Assembly (NCBI GenBank): GCA_963762145.1
Contig: CAVXJS010000011.1
Coordinates: 512,001 to 576,000 of the forward strand
Direction: 5' to 3'
Length of the DNA: 64,000 nucleotides
Origin: an uncultured Candidatus Rokubacteria bacterium
Lineage (GTDB): Bacteria; Methylomirabilota; Methylomirabilia; Rokubacteriales; CSP1-6
Shown: positions 41,213 to 50,686 of the stretch, in pieces
How positions within the stretch are numbered: the stretch's first letter is position 1
Layout: each line of letters begins with the position of its first letter
The notes under the pieces: generated by a model
Database searches by the model: none
The model's input: only the letters and a program-made list of their open reading frames with translations
What the model was told of the DNA's origin: nothing
Made by a program: the position numbers and the translations under genes

Positions 41213-43087
41213 ATGGCCGAGCCGGCGGAGCGCCACGAGTTCCAGGCCGAGGTCCGCGAGCTGCTGGACCTCATGATCCATTCGCTGTACTCGCACAAGG
41301 ACATCTTCCTGCGCGAGCTGATCTCCAACGCCTCCGACGCGCTCGACAAGATCCGCTTCGAGGCCCTGAGCCGCCCGGGGCTGGCCTCGGGCGAGCTCGC
41401 GATCACCCTGGAGGTCGACTCCGCGGCCCGCACCCTGGCGGTGCACGACAACGGCATCGGCATGAGCCGGGCGGAGGTGGTCGAGAACCTCGGCACGATC
41501 GCGCGCTCGGGCACGCGGGAGTTCCTGCGGGCCATCCGCGAGGCCAAGGCGGCGGCCGCCCCGGAGCTGATCGGGCAGTTCGGGGTCGGCTTCTACGCGA
41601 GCTTCATGGTCGCCGACCGCATCACGGTTCTCACCCGGCGCGCGGGCACGGAGGAGACCACCCGCTGGGAGTCGACCGGCGACGGCAGTTACACGCTCGA
41701 CGCGGCCGAGCGCCCGGCGGCCGGGACCACCGTCACCCTCCACCTCAAGCCGCAGGACGAGGACGACGGGCTCAACGACTACACGCAGGCGTGGGTGCTC
41801 AAGGACATCGTCAAGCGCTACTCCGACTTTGTGACGTATCCCATTCGCCTGCAGGACGAGACGCTGAACTCGATGAAGGCGATCTGGGCCCGCGAGCGGG
41901 ACACGGTCACCGAGGACGAGCACCGCGAGTTCTACAAGCACGTCAGCCACGACTGGAACGACCCGCTCGAGCACCTGAGCGTGCACATGGAAGGGAGCTT
42001 CGAGGCGCGCGCCCTGCTCTACATCCCGTCGAAGGCGCCCTTCGACATGCACGACCGCGAGGGCGGCCACCGCGGCCTCTCCCTCTACGTCAAGCGCGTC
42101 TTCATCATGGACGACTGGCGCGAGCTGCTGCCGCCGCACCTGCGCTTCGTGCGTGGTGTCGTGTCCGCGGACGACCTGCCGCTGAACGTCTCGCGCGAGA
42201 TCCTCCAGAAGAACCGTCAGATCCAGGCCATCCGCAAGTACCTGGTGCGACGACTCCTGGCCGCGCTCAAGGAGATGAAGGAGGAGCGGGCGGAGCGGTA
42301 CCGGACCTTCTGGGGCGAGTTCGGCGCGGTCCTCAAGGAGGGGCTTCTCGGGCTCGAGGAGGAGCCGGAGCGCCTCCTCGAGCTGGTGCTGTCTGCGTCC
42401 ACCGAGGGGCCGGCCCTCACCTCGCTCGGCGAGTACGTATCGCGGATGAAGACCGGGCAGCCCGCCATCTACTACCTGACCGCCGCGTCCCGGGAGGCGG
42501 CCGAGCGGTCGCCCCACCTGGAGGCGGTCCGGGCGCGCGGCTACGAGGTGCTGTTCTTCCTGGACCCGATCGACGAGCTGTGGCTGCGCATGCGGCGGGA
42601 GTTCGAGGGCAAGCCTCTCACGTCGGTGAGCCAGGGCGGGGTCGACCTCGGCGCGGGGGAGGACGGGAAGCAGGAGGGCGCTGTCCCGGAAGAGATCGGG
42701 GAGCGCTTCAAGGAGCTGCTCCTCGCGCTGCGGACGGCGCTGCAGGACGACGTGAAGGACGTGCGCCTCTCGGAGCGGCTCACCTCGTCTCCGGCGTGCC
42801 TGGTCGGCGAGCCCGGCGACCTCAGCGCGCACATCGAGGAGCTGCTGCGCCGGAGCGGCCGCGAAGTGCCGAAGGCGAAGCGGGTGCTCGAGGTGAATCC
42901 GTCGCACCCGCTGCTGACGCGGCTCCTGGCCTTTCACGCGGCGCACGCCGCCGACGAGCGCTTCCGTCGCTACGCGGAGCTGCTGCTCGGCCAGGCGATC
43001 CTGGCCGAGGGGGGCACGCTGCCCGATCCCGCCGCGTTCAGCCGGCGGCTGGCCGAGCTTTTGGTGGAGGCCGCGGGGGACCATTGA
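41213..43087 (+). CDS. htpG: Molecular chaperone HtpG (Hsp90)
   Basis: FQAEV, FLRELISNASDA, IGQFGVGFY, LPLNVSREILQ. Confidence 0.96.
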   Translation: MAEPAERHEFQAEVRELLDLMIHSLYSHKDIFLRELISNASDALDKIRFEALSRPGLASGELAITLEVDSAARTLAVHDNGIGMSRAEVVENLGTIARSGTREFLRAIREAKAAAAPELIGQFGVGFYASFMVADRITVLTRRAGTEETTRWESTGDGSYTLDAAERPAAGTTVTLHLKPQDEDDGLNDYTQAWVLKDIVKRYSDFVTYPIRLQDETLNSMKAIWARERDTVTEDEHREFYKHVSHDWNDPLEHLSVHMEGSFEARALLYIPSKAPFDMHDREGGHRGLSLYVKRVFIMDDWRELLPPHLRFVRGVVSADDLPLNVSREILQKNRQIQAIRKYLVRRLLAALKEMKEERAERYRTFWGEFGAVLKEGLLGLEEEPERLLELVLSASTEGPALTSLGEYVSRMKTGQPAIYYLTAASREAAERSPHLEAVRARGYEVLFFLDPIDELWLRMRREFEGKPLTSVSQGGVDLGAGEDGKQEGAVPEEIGERFKELLLALRTALQDDVKDVRLSERLTSSPACLVGEPGDLSAHIEELLRRSGREVPKAKRVLEVNPSHPLLTRLLAFHAAHAADERFRRYAELLLGQAILAEGGTLPDPAAFSRRLAELLVEAAGDH

Positions 43088-45360
43088 GCCGCCCGCCGCG
43101 AGCGCCCGGAGTCCCGCTCCGTAGACGGCTATTCCTGCTCGTCGCGGCGGGCATCGTGCCGCTGGTCATCATGTCGGGCATCGGCCTCTACGCGCTCGCC
43201 CAGCAGCAGCGGACCCAGGCCGAGCGAATCGGCCTCGAGCTCGCGAGGGCTCTGGCGACGGCGGTCGACGGGGAGCTGCGCAGCTCGATCGCGGCGCTCC
43301 AGTCCCTCGCCACCTCCGTCGCGCTCGAGCGCGACGACCTGCCCGCGTTCCGGGAGCGGGCCCGGCGCATCCTCGAGATCCAGCCGCACTGGGCCGCGGT
43401 GTTTCTCGCCGACCCGTCCGGCAAGCGACTGATCGACACCCGATTTCGCCAGCGGATCGACCTCCCGATCATCGAGAAGGAGAGCTTCGATCGGGTCCTG
43501 CGCACGCGCGCCCCCGCGGTGGGCAACCTCGCCCAGAGCCCGGCGGGCGCATTGTTGTTTCCGGTGCGCGCGCCGGTCATGCAGAGCGGCGAGCTGCGGT
43601 ACGTGCTCACCGCCCTCGTGAAGCCCGAGCTCATCCTGCAGGTCGTCACGCGCCAGCGCGTGCCCACCGACTGGATCATCTCGATCTTCGATGGACAGGG
43701 CCTGCGGGTGGCCCGGTCCCGCGCGCACGAGCAGAGCCTGGGCGGGCGGCCTTCGCCGACCCTGCAGGCGATGATGGCGACGGGAGCCGACGAAGGGGTC
43801 GGGCAGACCCGCGACCTCGAAGGGGGCCGGAACTATGCCTCGTTCAGCCGGCTCACGGAGAGCGGCTGGACGGTCGCCCCCGGCATCGCCGCCGCCTTCG
43901 TCGAAGGCGCGGCGTACCGATCGCTGGCGATCTACGGGAGCGGCATCCTGCTCTCGATCGCCCTCGGAGTGGTCGGCGCGATCGGCGTCGCGCGCAGCAT
44001 CAACCGGCCGATCGCAGACCTCCGCGCCTCGGCGCAGGCGCTCGGTCGCCGCGAGGCCCTGACCGTGCTGGAGACCTCGATCCAGGAGATCCGCGACGTG
44101 GCGGACGCTCTGGCGGTCGCGGCGGACGAGCGCGCGATCGGCGAGGCGCAGCGCGAGGAACTGCTGCGTCGGGAGCAGCAGGCGCGGGCGACGGCCGAGG
44201 CGGCCAATCGGGCGAAGGACGAGTTCCTGGCCGTGCTCTCGCACGAGCTGCGGACGCCCCTCAACGCGGTCTACGGCTGGGCCCGTGTGTTGCAGGGCGG
44301 TCAGGTCCACGGCGAGGCGGCCGAGCGGGCGCTCGCCACGATCGTCCGAAACGCCGACGCGCAGGTGCAGCTCATCGACGACCTGCTCGACGTCTCGCGG
44401 GTCGCCTCGGGCAAGATGCGTCTGGACGTCCGGCCGGTCGATCTGCCCGCGGTCATTGAGGCGGCGGTGGACGCAGTCCAGCCCGCGGCGGCGGCCAAGG
44501 CGATTCGTGTCCAGACCATGCTCGACCCCCGGGCGGGGGCGACCAGCGGAGACCCGGCCCGCCTCCAGCAGGTCGTGTGGAACCTGGTGATGAACGCGGT
44601 GAAGTTCACGCCGAAGGGTGGGCGGGTCCAGGTCCACCTGCAGCGGGTCAACTCGCACGTCGAGATCGTGGTCAGCGACACCGGCCAGGGCATCGCTCCC
44701 GACCTGCTGCCCGTCATCTTCGACCGTTTCATCCAGGCGGACAGCTCGAGCACCCGGGGGCACGGAGGGCTCGGGATCGGGCTGGCGCTCGTCAAGCATC
44801 TGGTGGAGCTGCACGGGGGCAGTGTGTCGGCCCAGAGCTCCGGAGAAGGTCAGGGTGCGACCTTCATCGTCAGGCTGCCGGTGTCCCTCGCGGAGATAGC
44901 CGCCGGCACCGCCGCGCGCCTGCATCCCACCGCGGTGGAGACCGAGGCGCTGGCCCCTGGACTCCGGCTCGACGGGCTGCGCGTGCTGGTCGTGGACGAC
45001 GACCTGGACTCGCTGGAGCTGGAGTCCTCGATCCTCATCGGGGCCGGCGCCGAGGTGAGGGCGTGTCTCTCCGCGCCCGACGCGCTCGCGAAGCTGCGGG
45101 AGTGGCGTCCCGACGTGCTCGTGTCGGACATCGAGATGCCGGGCGAGGACGGGCACTCGCTGATCCGCCGGGTGCGCGCCCTCGACCGCGAGCACGGAGG
45201 CGAGACGCCCGCGGTGGCCCTCACCGCGTACGGGCGCACCCAGGACCGGATGCGCTCGCTCACCGCCGGCTACACGATGCACGTGCCGAAGCCGGTGGAT
45301 CCGGGGGAGTTCACGACGATCGTGGCGAGCCTCGCCGCGCGGCCGGGTCAGCCGAGGTAG
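43084..45360 (+). CDS. Membrane hybrid histidine kinase (Cache-HAMP-HisKA-HATPase-REC)
   Basis: Two TM segments, SHELRTP, REC; TTG start overlaps the htpG stop (start uncertain). Confidence 0.9.
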   Translation: MSRPPRAPGVPLRRRLFLLVAAGIVPLVIMSGIGLYALAQQQRTQAERIGLELARALATAVDGELRSSIAALQSLATSVALERDDLPAFRERARRILEIQPHWAAVFLADPSGKRLIDTRFRQRIDLPIIEKESFDRVLRTRAPAVGNLAQSPAGALLFPVRAPVMQSGELRYVLTALVKPELILQVVTRQRVPTDWIISIFDGQGLRVARSRAHEQSLGGRPSPTLQAMMATGADEGVGQTRDLEGGRNYASFSRLTESGWTVAPGIAAAFVEGAAYRSLAIYGSGILLSIALGVVGAIGVARSINRPIADLRASAQALGRREALTVLETSIQEIRDVADALAVAADERAIGEAQREELLRREQQARATAEAANRAKDEFLAVLSHELRTPLNAVYGWARVLQGGQVHGEAAERALATIVRNADAQVQLIDDLLDVSRVASGKMRLDVRPVDLPAVIEAAVDAVQPAAAAKAIRVQTMLDPRAGATSGDPARLQQVVWNLVMNAVKFTPKGGRVQVHLQRVNSHVEIVVSDTGQGIAPDLLPVIFDRFIQADSSSTRGHGGLGIGLALVKHLVELHGGSVSAQSSGEGQGATFIVRLPVSLAEIAAGTAARLHPTAVETEALAPGLRLDGLRVLVVDDDLDSLELESSILIGAGAEVRACLSAPDALAKLREWRPDVLVSDIEMPGEDGHSLIRRVRALDREHGGETPAVALTAYGRTQDRMRSLTAGYTMHVPKPVDPGEFTTIVASLAARPGQPR

Positions 45361-45380
45361 GCCACGAACAGGAGAACGAC

Positions 45381-45707
45381 ATGACGCTCGACTGCCTGCT
45401 GATCGTCACCGCCGAGGTGGACACCGCGGTCGAGGAGGAGTGGAACCGGTGGTACGACACCGTGCACCTGCCGGACGCCCTCCGGTGTCCCGGCGTGCGG
45501 AGCGGCCGGCGCTACGTGTCCTCGGGCGACGTCTCGGAGACCGCGAACGGGCGCACGGAGCGGGCGGCCCGACGCATCTACACGACGATCTACGAGCTCG
45601 ACGGTCCGGAGGCCACGGCCACCCCGGAGTTCCAGGCCATGCGGGGCTGGTACCAGTTCGCGCCCCACGTGCGCTCGCGCACGCAGACCATCGTGCCGGT
45701 GCGCTGA
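45381..45707 (+). CDS. DUF4286/EthD-like dimeric alpha-beta barrel protein
   Basis: EEWNRWYDTVHLPD...PG...RRY...YEL; RBS AGGAG. Confidence 0.75.
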   Translation: MTLDCLLIVTAEVDTAVEEEWNRWYDTVHLPDALRCPGVRSGRRYVSSGDVSETANGRTERAARRIYTTIYELDGPEATATPEFQAMRGWYQFAPHVRSRTQTIVPVR

Positions 45708-45715
45708 GGGCCCGA

Positions 45716-46546
45716 TCAGCCCTTCCGGGCGGCCTTGCCGTCCTTGTGGACCAGGGCGACCGCGGCCTCGGGGGTGAGGACGCGGAAGGCCATCGTCTCG
45801 ACCAGGTAGAGCCGCACCGCGCGGTCGGTGTGACTCTGGTAGGCGATCGACAGGTCGCGGCCGATCGTGAGCTCGAAGTCGCCCCCGCGGAGGCTCAGCA
45901 CCACCGCGCCCTTGACCGCGGGCGCCCAGACGAGCGGGCCGTCCACCAGCTTGCGGACCACGTTCAGCACCGGGTAGCCGCCGTCGCCCACCGCCTGGGT
46001 GAGGCCGGTGTAGTAGCGCGGCCCCATCGCGATGGCGTAGGGCCCGTCCACGCCGGCCAGGCGCAGGAGCCGGGTCGCCTCCGCGATGCTGTGCGGGTAC
46101 TCCTGGTAGTCGTCGGGGATCGGCAGGATCGGATGGGACGACGCCTGCTCGATGCCCTTGATCCCGCCCGCCGCGTAGCCGTGGAAGATGGCGGTGTCCT
46201 CGGCGAGGGCGATGCGGGTGGCGGCGTCGATCAGGGGCTGCAGCTCCGGGTCCTCCGCGCCGCGCTCGACCGCATCCATCTCCTCGCGCGACAGCTCGAA
46301 GTACGAGCGCAGCTCGATCAGGGACAGCGCCTGCCGCCGGGAGGCCTCGACGTCGGGGGCCGGCGCGCTGCTCAACGGCTCGCGGCGTCCGGTGTTCACC
46401 GCCGCCGCGGTCGGACCGAGCGGCCCGTCGAAGTCCACCAGCTTGCGGCCCGCGAGCTTCAGCTTGAGGACCCGGCTGGCCTCGTCGTCGATCTCCTTCC
46501 ACGCCGCGGTCGAGATGGGGGCGAGCTCCCGCTTCAGGTTGTTCAC
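45716..46546 (-). CDS. Family 1 encapsulin shell protein (Linocin M18)
   Basis: MNNLKRELAPIS..AW..ID.EA, GPLG, GGDFEL.IG.DLSI.Y. Confidence 0.95.
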   Translation of the reverse strand: MNNLKRELAPISTAAWKEIDDEASRVLKLKLAGRKLVDFDGPLGPTAAAVNTGRREPLSSAPAPDVEASRRQALSLIELRSYFELSREEMDAVERGAEDPELQPLIDAATRIALAEDTAIFHGYAAGGIKGIEQASSHPILPIPDDYQEYPHSIAEATRLLRLAGVDGPYAIAMGPRYYTGLTQAVGDGGYPVLNVVRKLVDGPLVWAPAVKGAVVLSLRGGDFELTIGRDLSIAYQSHTDRAVRLYLVETMAFRVLTPEAAVALVHKDGKAARKG

Positions 46547-46923
46547 AGGCTCTGACCCCCCTTGAGGCTGCCGATGCCGAGCGAGCCGCCGCCGGCCCCG
46601 TCGTCGCCCTCCTCGCCGCCGGCTCCGGCCTGCTCCAGCGCGATCAGCGAGCCGCTCGTGAACAGGTACTCCTTCAGGTGCGCGTCCATCTTGGCGTCAC
46701 GCCGCCGGTACCACTCGAGCAGCATGGCGAAGTGCTCCTTCTCCTCGTCGCGGTTGTGGGCCAGGATGTCCTTCAGGTCCTGGTCGGTCGCCGCGTCGAC
46801 GCGCTGATCGTACCAGTCGGCCGCCTCGAGCTCCTCCTGCATGGAGGTGAGCGCCCGGTGGTTGTCCAGGGTCTCCGGCCGCAGCTTGCTTTCCGATTCG
46901 TGATAGCCCGCCGAGTTCGCCAT
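46543..46923 (-). CDS. Encapsulated ferritin-like protein (EncFtn/Flp) with cargo-loading peptide
   Basis: EELEAADWYDQR, HNRDEEKEH, C-terminal GGSLGIGSLKG. Confidence 0.95.
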   Translation of the reverse strand: MANSAGYHESESKLRPETLDNHRALTSMQEELEAADWYDQRVDAATDQDLKDILAHNRDEEKEHFAMLLEWYRRRDAKMDAHLKEYLFTSGSLIALEQAGAGGEEGDDGAGGGSLGIGSLKGGQSL

Positions 46924-47023
46924 CGCCGCTCCTTTAGGAGGTCACGTGAGACGCCACGATACCCCAGGCGCCCGCGCGCTTCAACCGGGGCCGTGCTATC
47001 GTAGCGCCGCGCGGAGGGCACCC

Positions 47024-48277
47024 ATGGACGGGACACTCATCGTCAACGCGACGATCCTCGACGGCAGCGGAGCGGCGCCCTTTCCCGGCGACGTGCGGGT
47101 GGAGGGCCAGCGCATCGTCGCGGTGCAACGGGGCGGGGGATTGCCGCGCGGATCGGCGCGGGTCATCGACGCCACCGGCGCCACGCTGATGCCCGGGCTC
47201 ATCGAGCCGCACGGCCACGTGAGCTATCCCGACGCGGCCCGCAATTCCGACTTCACGCGCCTGCCGCCCGAGGAGCACCTGCTGGTCACCATCCGCAACG
47301 CCAAGACCTTGCTCGACTGCGGGTACACGAGCGTGCTGTCGGCGGCCTCGGCCAAGCCGCGCCTCGACATCGTGGTCCGCAACGAGATCGAGGCCGGCCG
47401 CATCCCCGGGCCGCGCTACCTCGCCAATGGCCCGGAGATCACCGTGACCGGCGGGCTGGGCGACGAGAACGCGCTGCACCTGCCGCACGTCGAGACGCCG
47501 ACCTTCGCCTGGGTCGCCGACGGGCCCGACGAGATCCGCCGGGTGTGCCGCCTGCTGCTGCGCGAAGGCACCGACCTGCTGAAGCTGAACATCTCGGGCG
47601 ACACCGGGCCGCGCAACTCGCGCTCCCAGCGCGCGGTGATGAGCGACGCGGAGGTGGAGGCGGCCGCGGAGGTCGCGCGCGCCGGCGCGGTGCGGGTGTG
47701 CGCCCACGCCCGCAGCGCCGAGTCGGTGAAGATGTGCGTGCGGCACGGAGTGGGCATCATCTACCACGCCAACTTCGCGGACGAGGAGGCCCTCGATCTC
47801 CTCGAGGCCAATCGCGACTGGTGCTTCGTCGCGCCCGCGTTGGGCCTCACCTACCAGGCGTGCTACGCGGCGAGCGAGTGGGGCTTCACGCCCGAGATGG
47901 CGCGCGAGCGCGGGCTCCTGGAAGAGCTCGAGGTCTCGGTGGTCACCATGGGCGAGATGCGCAAGCGCGGGATCCGCGTGCTGCCGGGCGGCGACTACGG
48001 CTTCGCCTGGAACCCGCACGGCACCTACGCGCGAGACCTGCTCCTCTTCGTGGACGTGCTCGGCTTCTCGCCGATGGAGACGCTGGTCGCGGCCACCCGG
48101 ATGGGCGGCGAGATCATGGGGCGGCCCGACGAGCTGGGGCAGGTGAAGGCGGGCTATCTCGCGGATCTGCTGCTGGTGGACGGCGACCCGTTGACCGACA
48201 TCAAGCGGCTCCAGCGTCAGGACGCGCTGCTCATGATCATGAAGGACGGCCAGCTGCACAAGGGAGGAACGCGATGA
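47024..48277 (+). CDS. Metal-dependent amidohydrolase
   Basis: MPGLIEPHGH, AHA, GGDYG, GYLADLLLVDGDP. Confidence 0.9.
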   Translation: MDGTLIVNATILDGSGAAPFPGDVRVEGQRIVAVQRGGGLPRGSARVIDATGATLMPGLIEPHGHVSYPDAARNSDFTRLPPEEHLLVTIRNAKTLLDCGYTSVLSAASAKPRLDIVVRNEIEAGRIPGPRYLANGPEITVTGGLGDENALHLPHVETPTFAWVADGPDEIRRVCRLLLREGTDLLKLNISGDTGPRNSRSQRAVMSDAEVEAAAEVARAGAVRVCAHARSAESVKMCVRHGVGIIYHANFADEEALDLLEANRDWCFVAPALGLTYQACYAASEWGFTPEMARERGLLEELEVSVVTMGEMRKRGIRVLPGGDYGFAWNPHGTYARDLLLFVDVLGFSPMETLVAATRMGGEIMGRPDELGQVKAGYLADLLLVDGDPLTDIKRLQRQDALLMIMKDGQLHKGGTR

Positions 48278-48741
48278 TCGCCCGACTCGCTCGACGGTTC
48301 GCCCTGATCGCGACGCTGATCCTGGTGTCCGCCGGCGCCGCTTCGGCCCAGGACTGCACCGGCACCATCACCGCCGACGAGGCGATGAAGGCCGAGATGG
48401 CGCGGTACACCGCGCAGACCGCGAACGACTTCGCGGCGATGGAGAAGCTGTTCGGCAACGATCTCACCTACAACCACTCTTCCGCGGTCACCGACGACAA
48501 GGCGAAGTACATCGACGGGATGCGGTCGGGCCGGACGAAGTATCGCAAGATGACGCCCAACGGCGACGTCAAGGCGCGCACCTACGGCTGCGTCGCGATC
48601 ATCACCGGCACTGCGGTGTACGAGGTGACGGCGGGGGGTCAGGATCGCACCGTGCCGCTGCGCTTCACCGCCATCTGGGCGAAGCGAGCGTCGGGGCTCG
48701 AGTTCATCTCGTGGCAGTCGACCGGCATTCCTAACCAGTAG
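48274..48741 (+). CDS. Exported NTF2-like/DUF4440 protein
   Basis: Signal peptide; DLTYNHSS, ISWQST. Confidence 0.82.
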   Translation: MIARLARRFALIATLILVSAGAASAQDCTGTITADEAMKAEMARYTAQTANDFAAMEKLFGNDLTYNHSSAVTDDKAKYIDGMRSGRTKYRKMTPNGDVKARTYGCVAIITGTAVYEVTAGGQDRTVPLRFTAIWAKRASGLEFISWQSTGIPNQ

Positions 48742-48747
48742 CGGGGG

Positions 48748-48764
48748 TTGGCAGCGGTTCTGCA
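48748..48764 (+). promoter_or_regulatory. Putative sigma54 -24/-12 promoter
   Basis: TTGGCAGCGGTTCTGCA (GG-N10-GC). Confidence 0.55.
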
Positions 48765-48792
48765 TAAGTGATGGGCGGGAGGTGTCACGCCC

Positions 48793-49254
48793 ATGACACA
48801 GGGAACCGAGCGATTCATGCGAAGGCGGGTGGCGACGGTCGTGCTCGCCGCGAGCCTGCTGGTGAGCGGTTGCGCGTGGCGAAGCACGGGCGGCCCGCCC
48901 CCCGGGATGCACGATCTCATCGGGACGTGGCACGGCGACATCGGGCAGCCGGGCGGCTCGCTGTATGCGGTCGAGGCCCAGGCCGCCCTCGAGATCAAGC
49001 CCGACGGCACGTTCTCCGCCATCGTCACACCCGCGCGAGGCTCGAACAACCTCGCGCGGCGGTCGAGCTGGTCGGGCGTCGTGGTCGGCGACGGAGACCG
49101 GGTCACGTTCCAGAGCGCGCAGGGGCCCTCACTGACGCTGGTTCGGTCCCGGGACCACCTCTACGGGGTGGCCAGCGACCCGTTGACCGCCATGGGCGTC
49201 ATGATCGACTTCGAGCGGTCGGCGGGCGATCGGCGGACGGTCGGTAGGCGGTAA
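48793..49254 (+). CDS. Hypothetical lipoprotein
   Basis: Lipobox VSGC; DLIGTWHG...IKPDGTF. Confidence 0.7.
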   Translation: MTQGTERFMRRRVATVVLAASLLVSGCAWRSTGGPPPGMHDLIGTWHGDIGQPGGSLYAVEAQAALEIKPDGTFSAIVTPARGSNNLARRSSWSGVVVGDGDRVTFQSAQGPSLTLVRSRDHLYGVASDPLTAMGVMIDFERSAGDRRTVGRR

Positions 49255-49300
49255 GAAGTTCAGGGTCGAAACGGGGCCGTCGTCCGCCGAGGGCGGGCGG

Positions 49301-49705
49301 CTACTTCACGCGCTCCAGCTTGGCGGAGCCGCGCCCGTCGGCGCGCATGAAGAGGAGCACGTCCTTACCTGCCTCCTGGGACCACGTGACGCTGCCCGCC
49401 GAGTTGGCGGACTGAAACGACGCCTTGCCGCCGGCCACCGTGATCTTCCCCGCCGTGCGGCTCCCGTTTCCCGAGACGCCCTCGTACGAGCCGTCCGGCT
49501 TGATCCGGATCGCCGCCGCCGACGTGCCGGCGATCGCGCGCCAGTCCCCGGCCAGGCTCTTCACGTCGAGCGCGCCGTGGGGCTGGGCGGCCTTGCCGAC
49601 GCTGCTGGCTTCCACGTACCGGTACTGGGCTCCCGCGTCTCCGGCGACGAGGAGGATGCCCACGCCGAGCCCCGTGGCCACTGCGATTCGAATCGATCGT
49701 CTCAT
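49301..49705 (-). CDS. Hypothetical exported protein
   Basis: Signal peptide; SLAGDWR...IRIKPDGSY; RBS GGAGG. Confidence 0.72.
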   Translation of the reverse strand: MRRSIRIAVATGLGVGILLVAGDAGAQYRYVEASSVGKAAQPHGALDVKSLAGDWRAIAGTSAAAIRIKPDGSYEGVSGNGSRTAGKITVAGGKASFQSANSAGSVTWSQEAGKDVLLFMRADGRGSAKLERVK

Positions 49706-49740
49706 GGTGGTGTGCGCCTCCCGATGAAGGAGGTAAGAAG

Positions 49741-49756
49741 TGCACGTTAGGGGCCA
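49741..49756 (-). promoter_or_regulatory. Putative sigma54 promoter
   Basis: Minus strand TGGCCCCTAACGTGCA (GG-N10-GC). Confidence 0.45.
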
Positions 49757-49864
49757 TGCGCGCGGCGAGATATTTGGCCTACTTGGAGCCCCGGGCGACG
49801 GCCGGCGTGACGGTGAGCGTCGCTCGGCTTGACGAAGCGTCGATTTGGACTGATCCTCCAGCGC

Positions 49865-50686
49865 ATGGGAACGATCACCACGAAGGACGGCACCCAGATC
49901 TACTACAAGGACTGGGGAAGCGGTCCGCCGATCGTGTTCAGCCATGGCTGGCCCCTGAGCGCGGACGCGTGGGACGATCAGATGCTGTTCCTCGGCGCGC
50001 GCGGCTACCGCTGCATCGCCCACGACCGCCGGGGTCACGGGCGGTCGAGCCAGCCCTGGAGCGGCAACGAGATGGACACCTACGCCGACGACCTCGCGGC
50101 GCTGGTGGAGGCACTCGATCTCAACGGCGCGGTCCACGTCGGGCACTCGACCGGCGGCGGCGAGGTCGCCCGCTACCTGGGCCGCCACGGCACGAAGCGG
50201 GTGGCCAAGGCGGTGCTGATCGGCGCGGTGCCGCCGATCATGCTGAAGACCGCCGCCAACCCGGATGGTCTGCCGATGGAAGCGTTCGATCAGATCCGGA
50301 CCGGCGTCCTCACGGACCGCTCGCAGTTCTTCAAGGATCTCTCCGGGCCGTTCTATGGCGCCAACCGGTCGGGCGCCAAGGTCTCGCAGGGCCTGCGCGA
50401 CTCGTTCTGGCTCCAGGGCATGCTGGCCGGCTTCAAGGGCGTCTTCGACTGCATCAAGGCCTTCTCGGAGACGGACTTCACCGAGGACCTCAAGACGATC
50501 GACGTGCCGACGCTGATCCTGCACGGCGACGACGACCAGATCGTGCCGATCGGCGCCTCCGCGATGCGGTCGGCGAAGCTGGTCAAGAGCGCCACGCTCA
50601 AGGTCTACCCGGGCCTGCCGCACGGCATGTGCTCGACGCACAAGGTGCAGATCAACGCCGATCTGCTCGCGTTCCTCAAGGCATGA
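49865..50686 (+). CDS. Non-heme chloroperoxidase/perhydrolase (alpha/beta hydrolase)
   Basis: [37 protein letters not shown]. Confidence 0.93.
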   Translation: MGTITTKDGTQIYYKDWGSGPPIVFSHGWPLSADAWDDQMLFLGARGYRCIAHDRRGHGRSSQPWSGNEMDTYADDLAALVEALDLNGAVHVGHSTGGGEVARYLGRHGTKRVAKAVLIGAVPPIMLKTAANPDGLPMEAFDQIRTGVLTDRSQFFKDLSGPFYGANRSGAKVSQGLRDSFWLQGMLAGFKGVFDCIKAFSETDFTEDLKTIDVPTLILHGDDDQIVPIGASAMRSAKLVKSATLKVYPGLPHGMCSTHKVQINADLLAFLKA

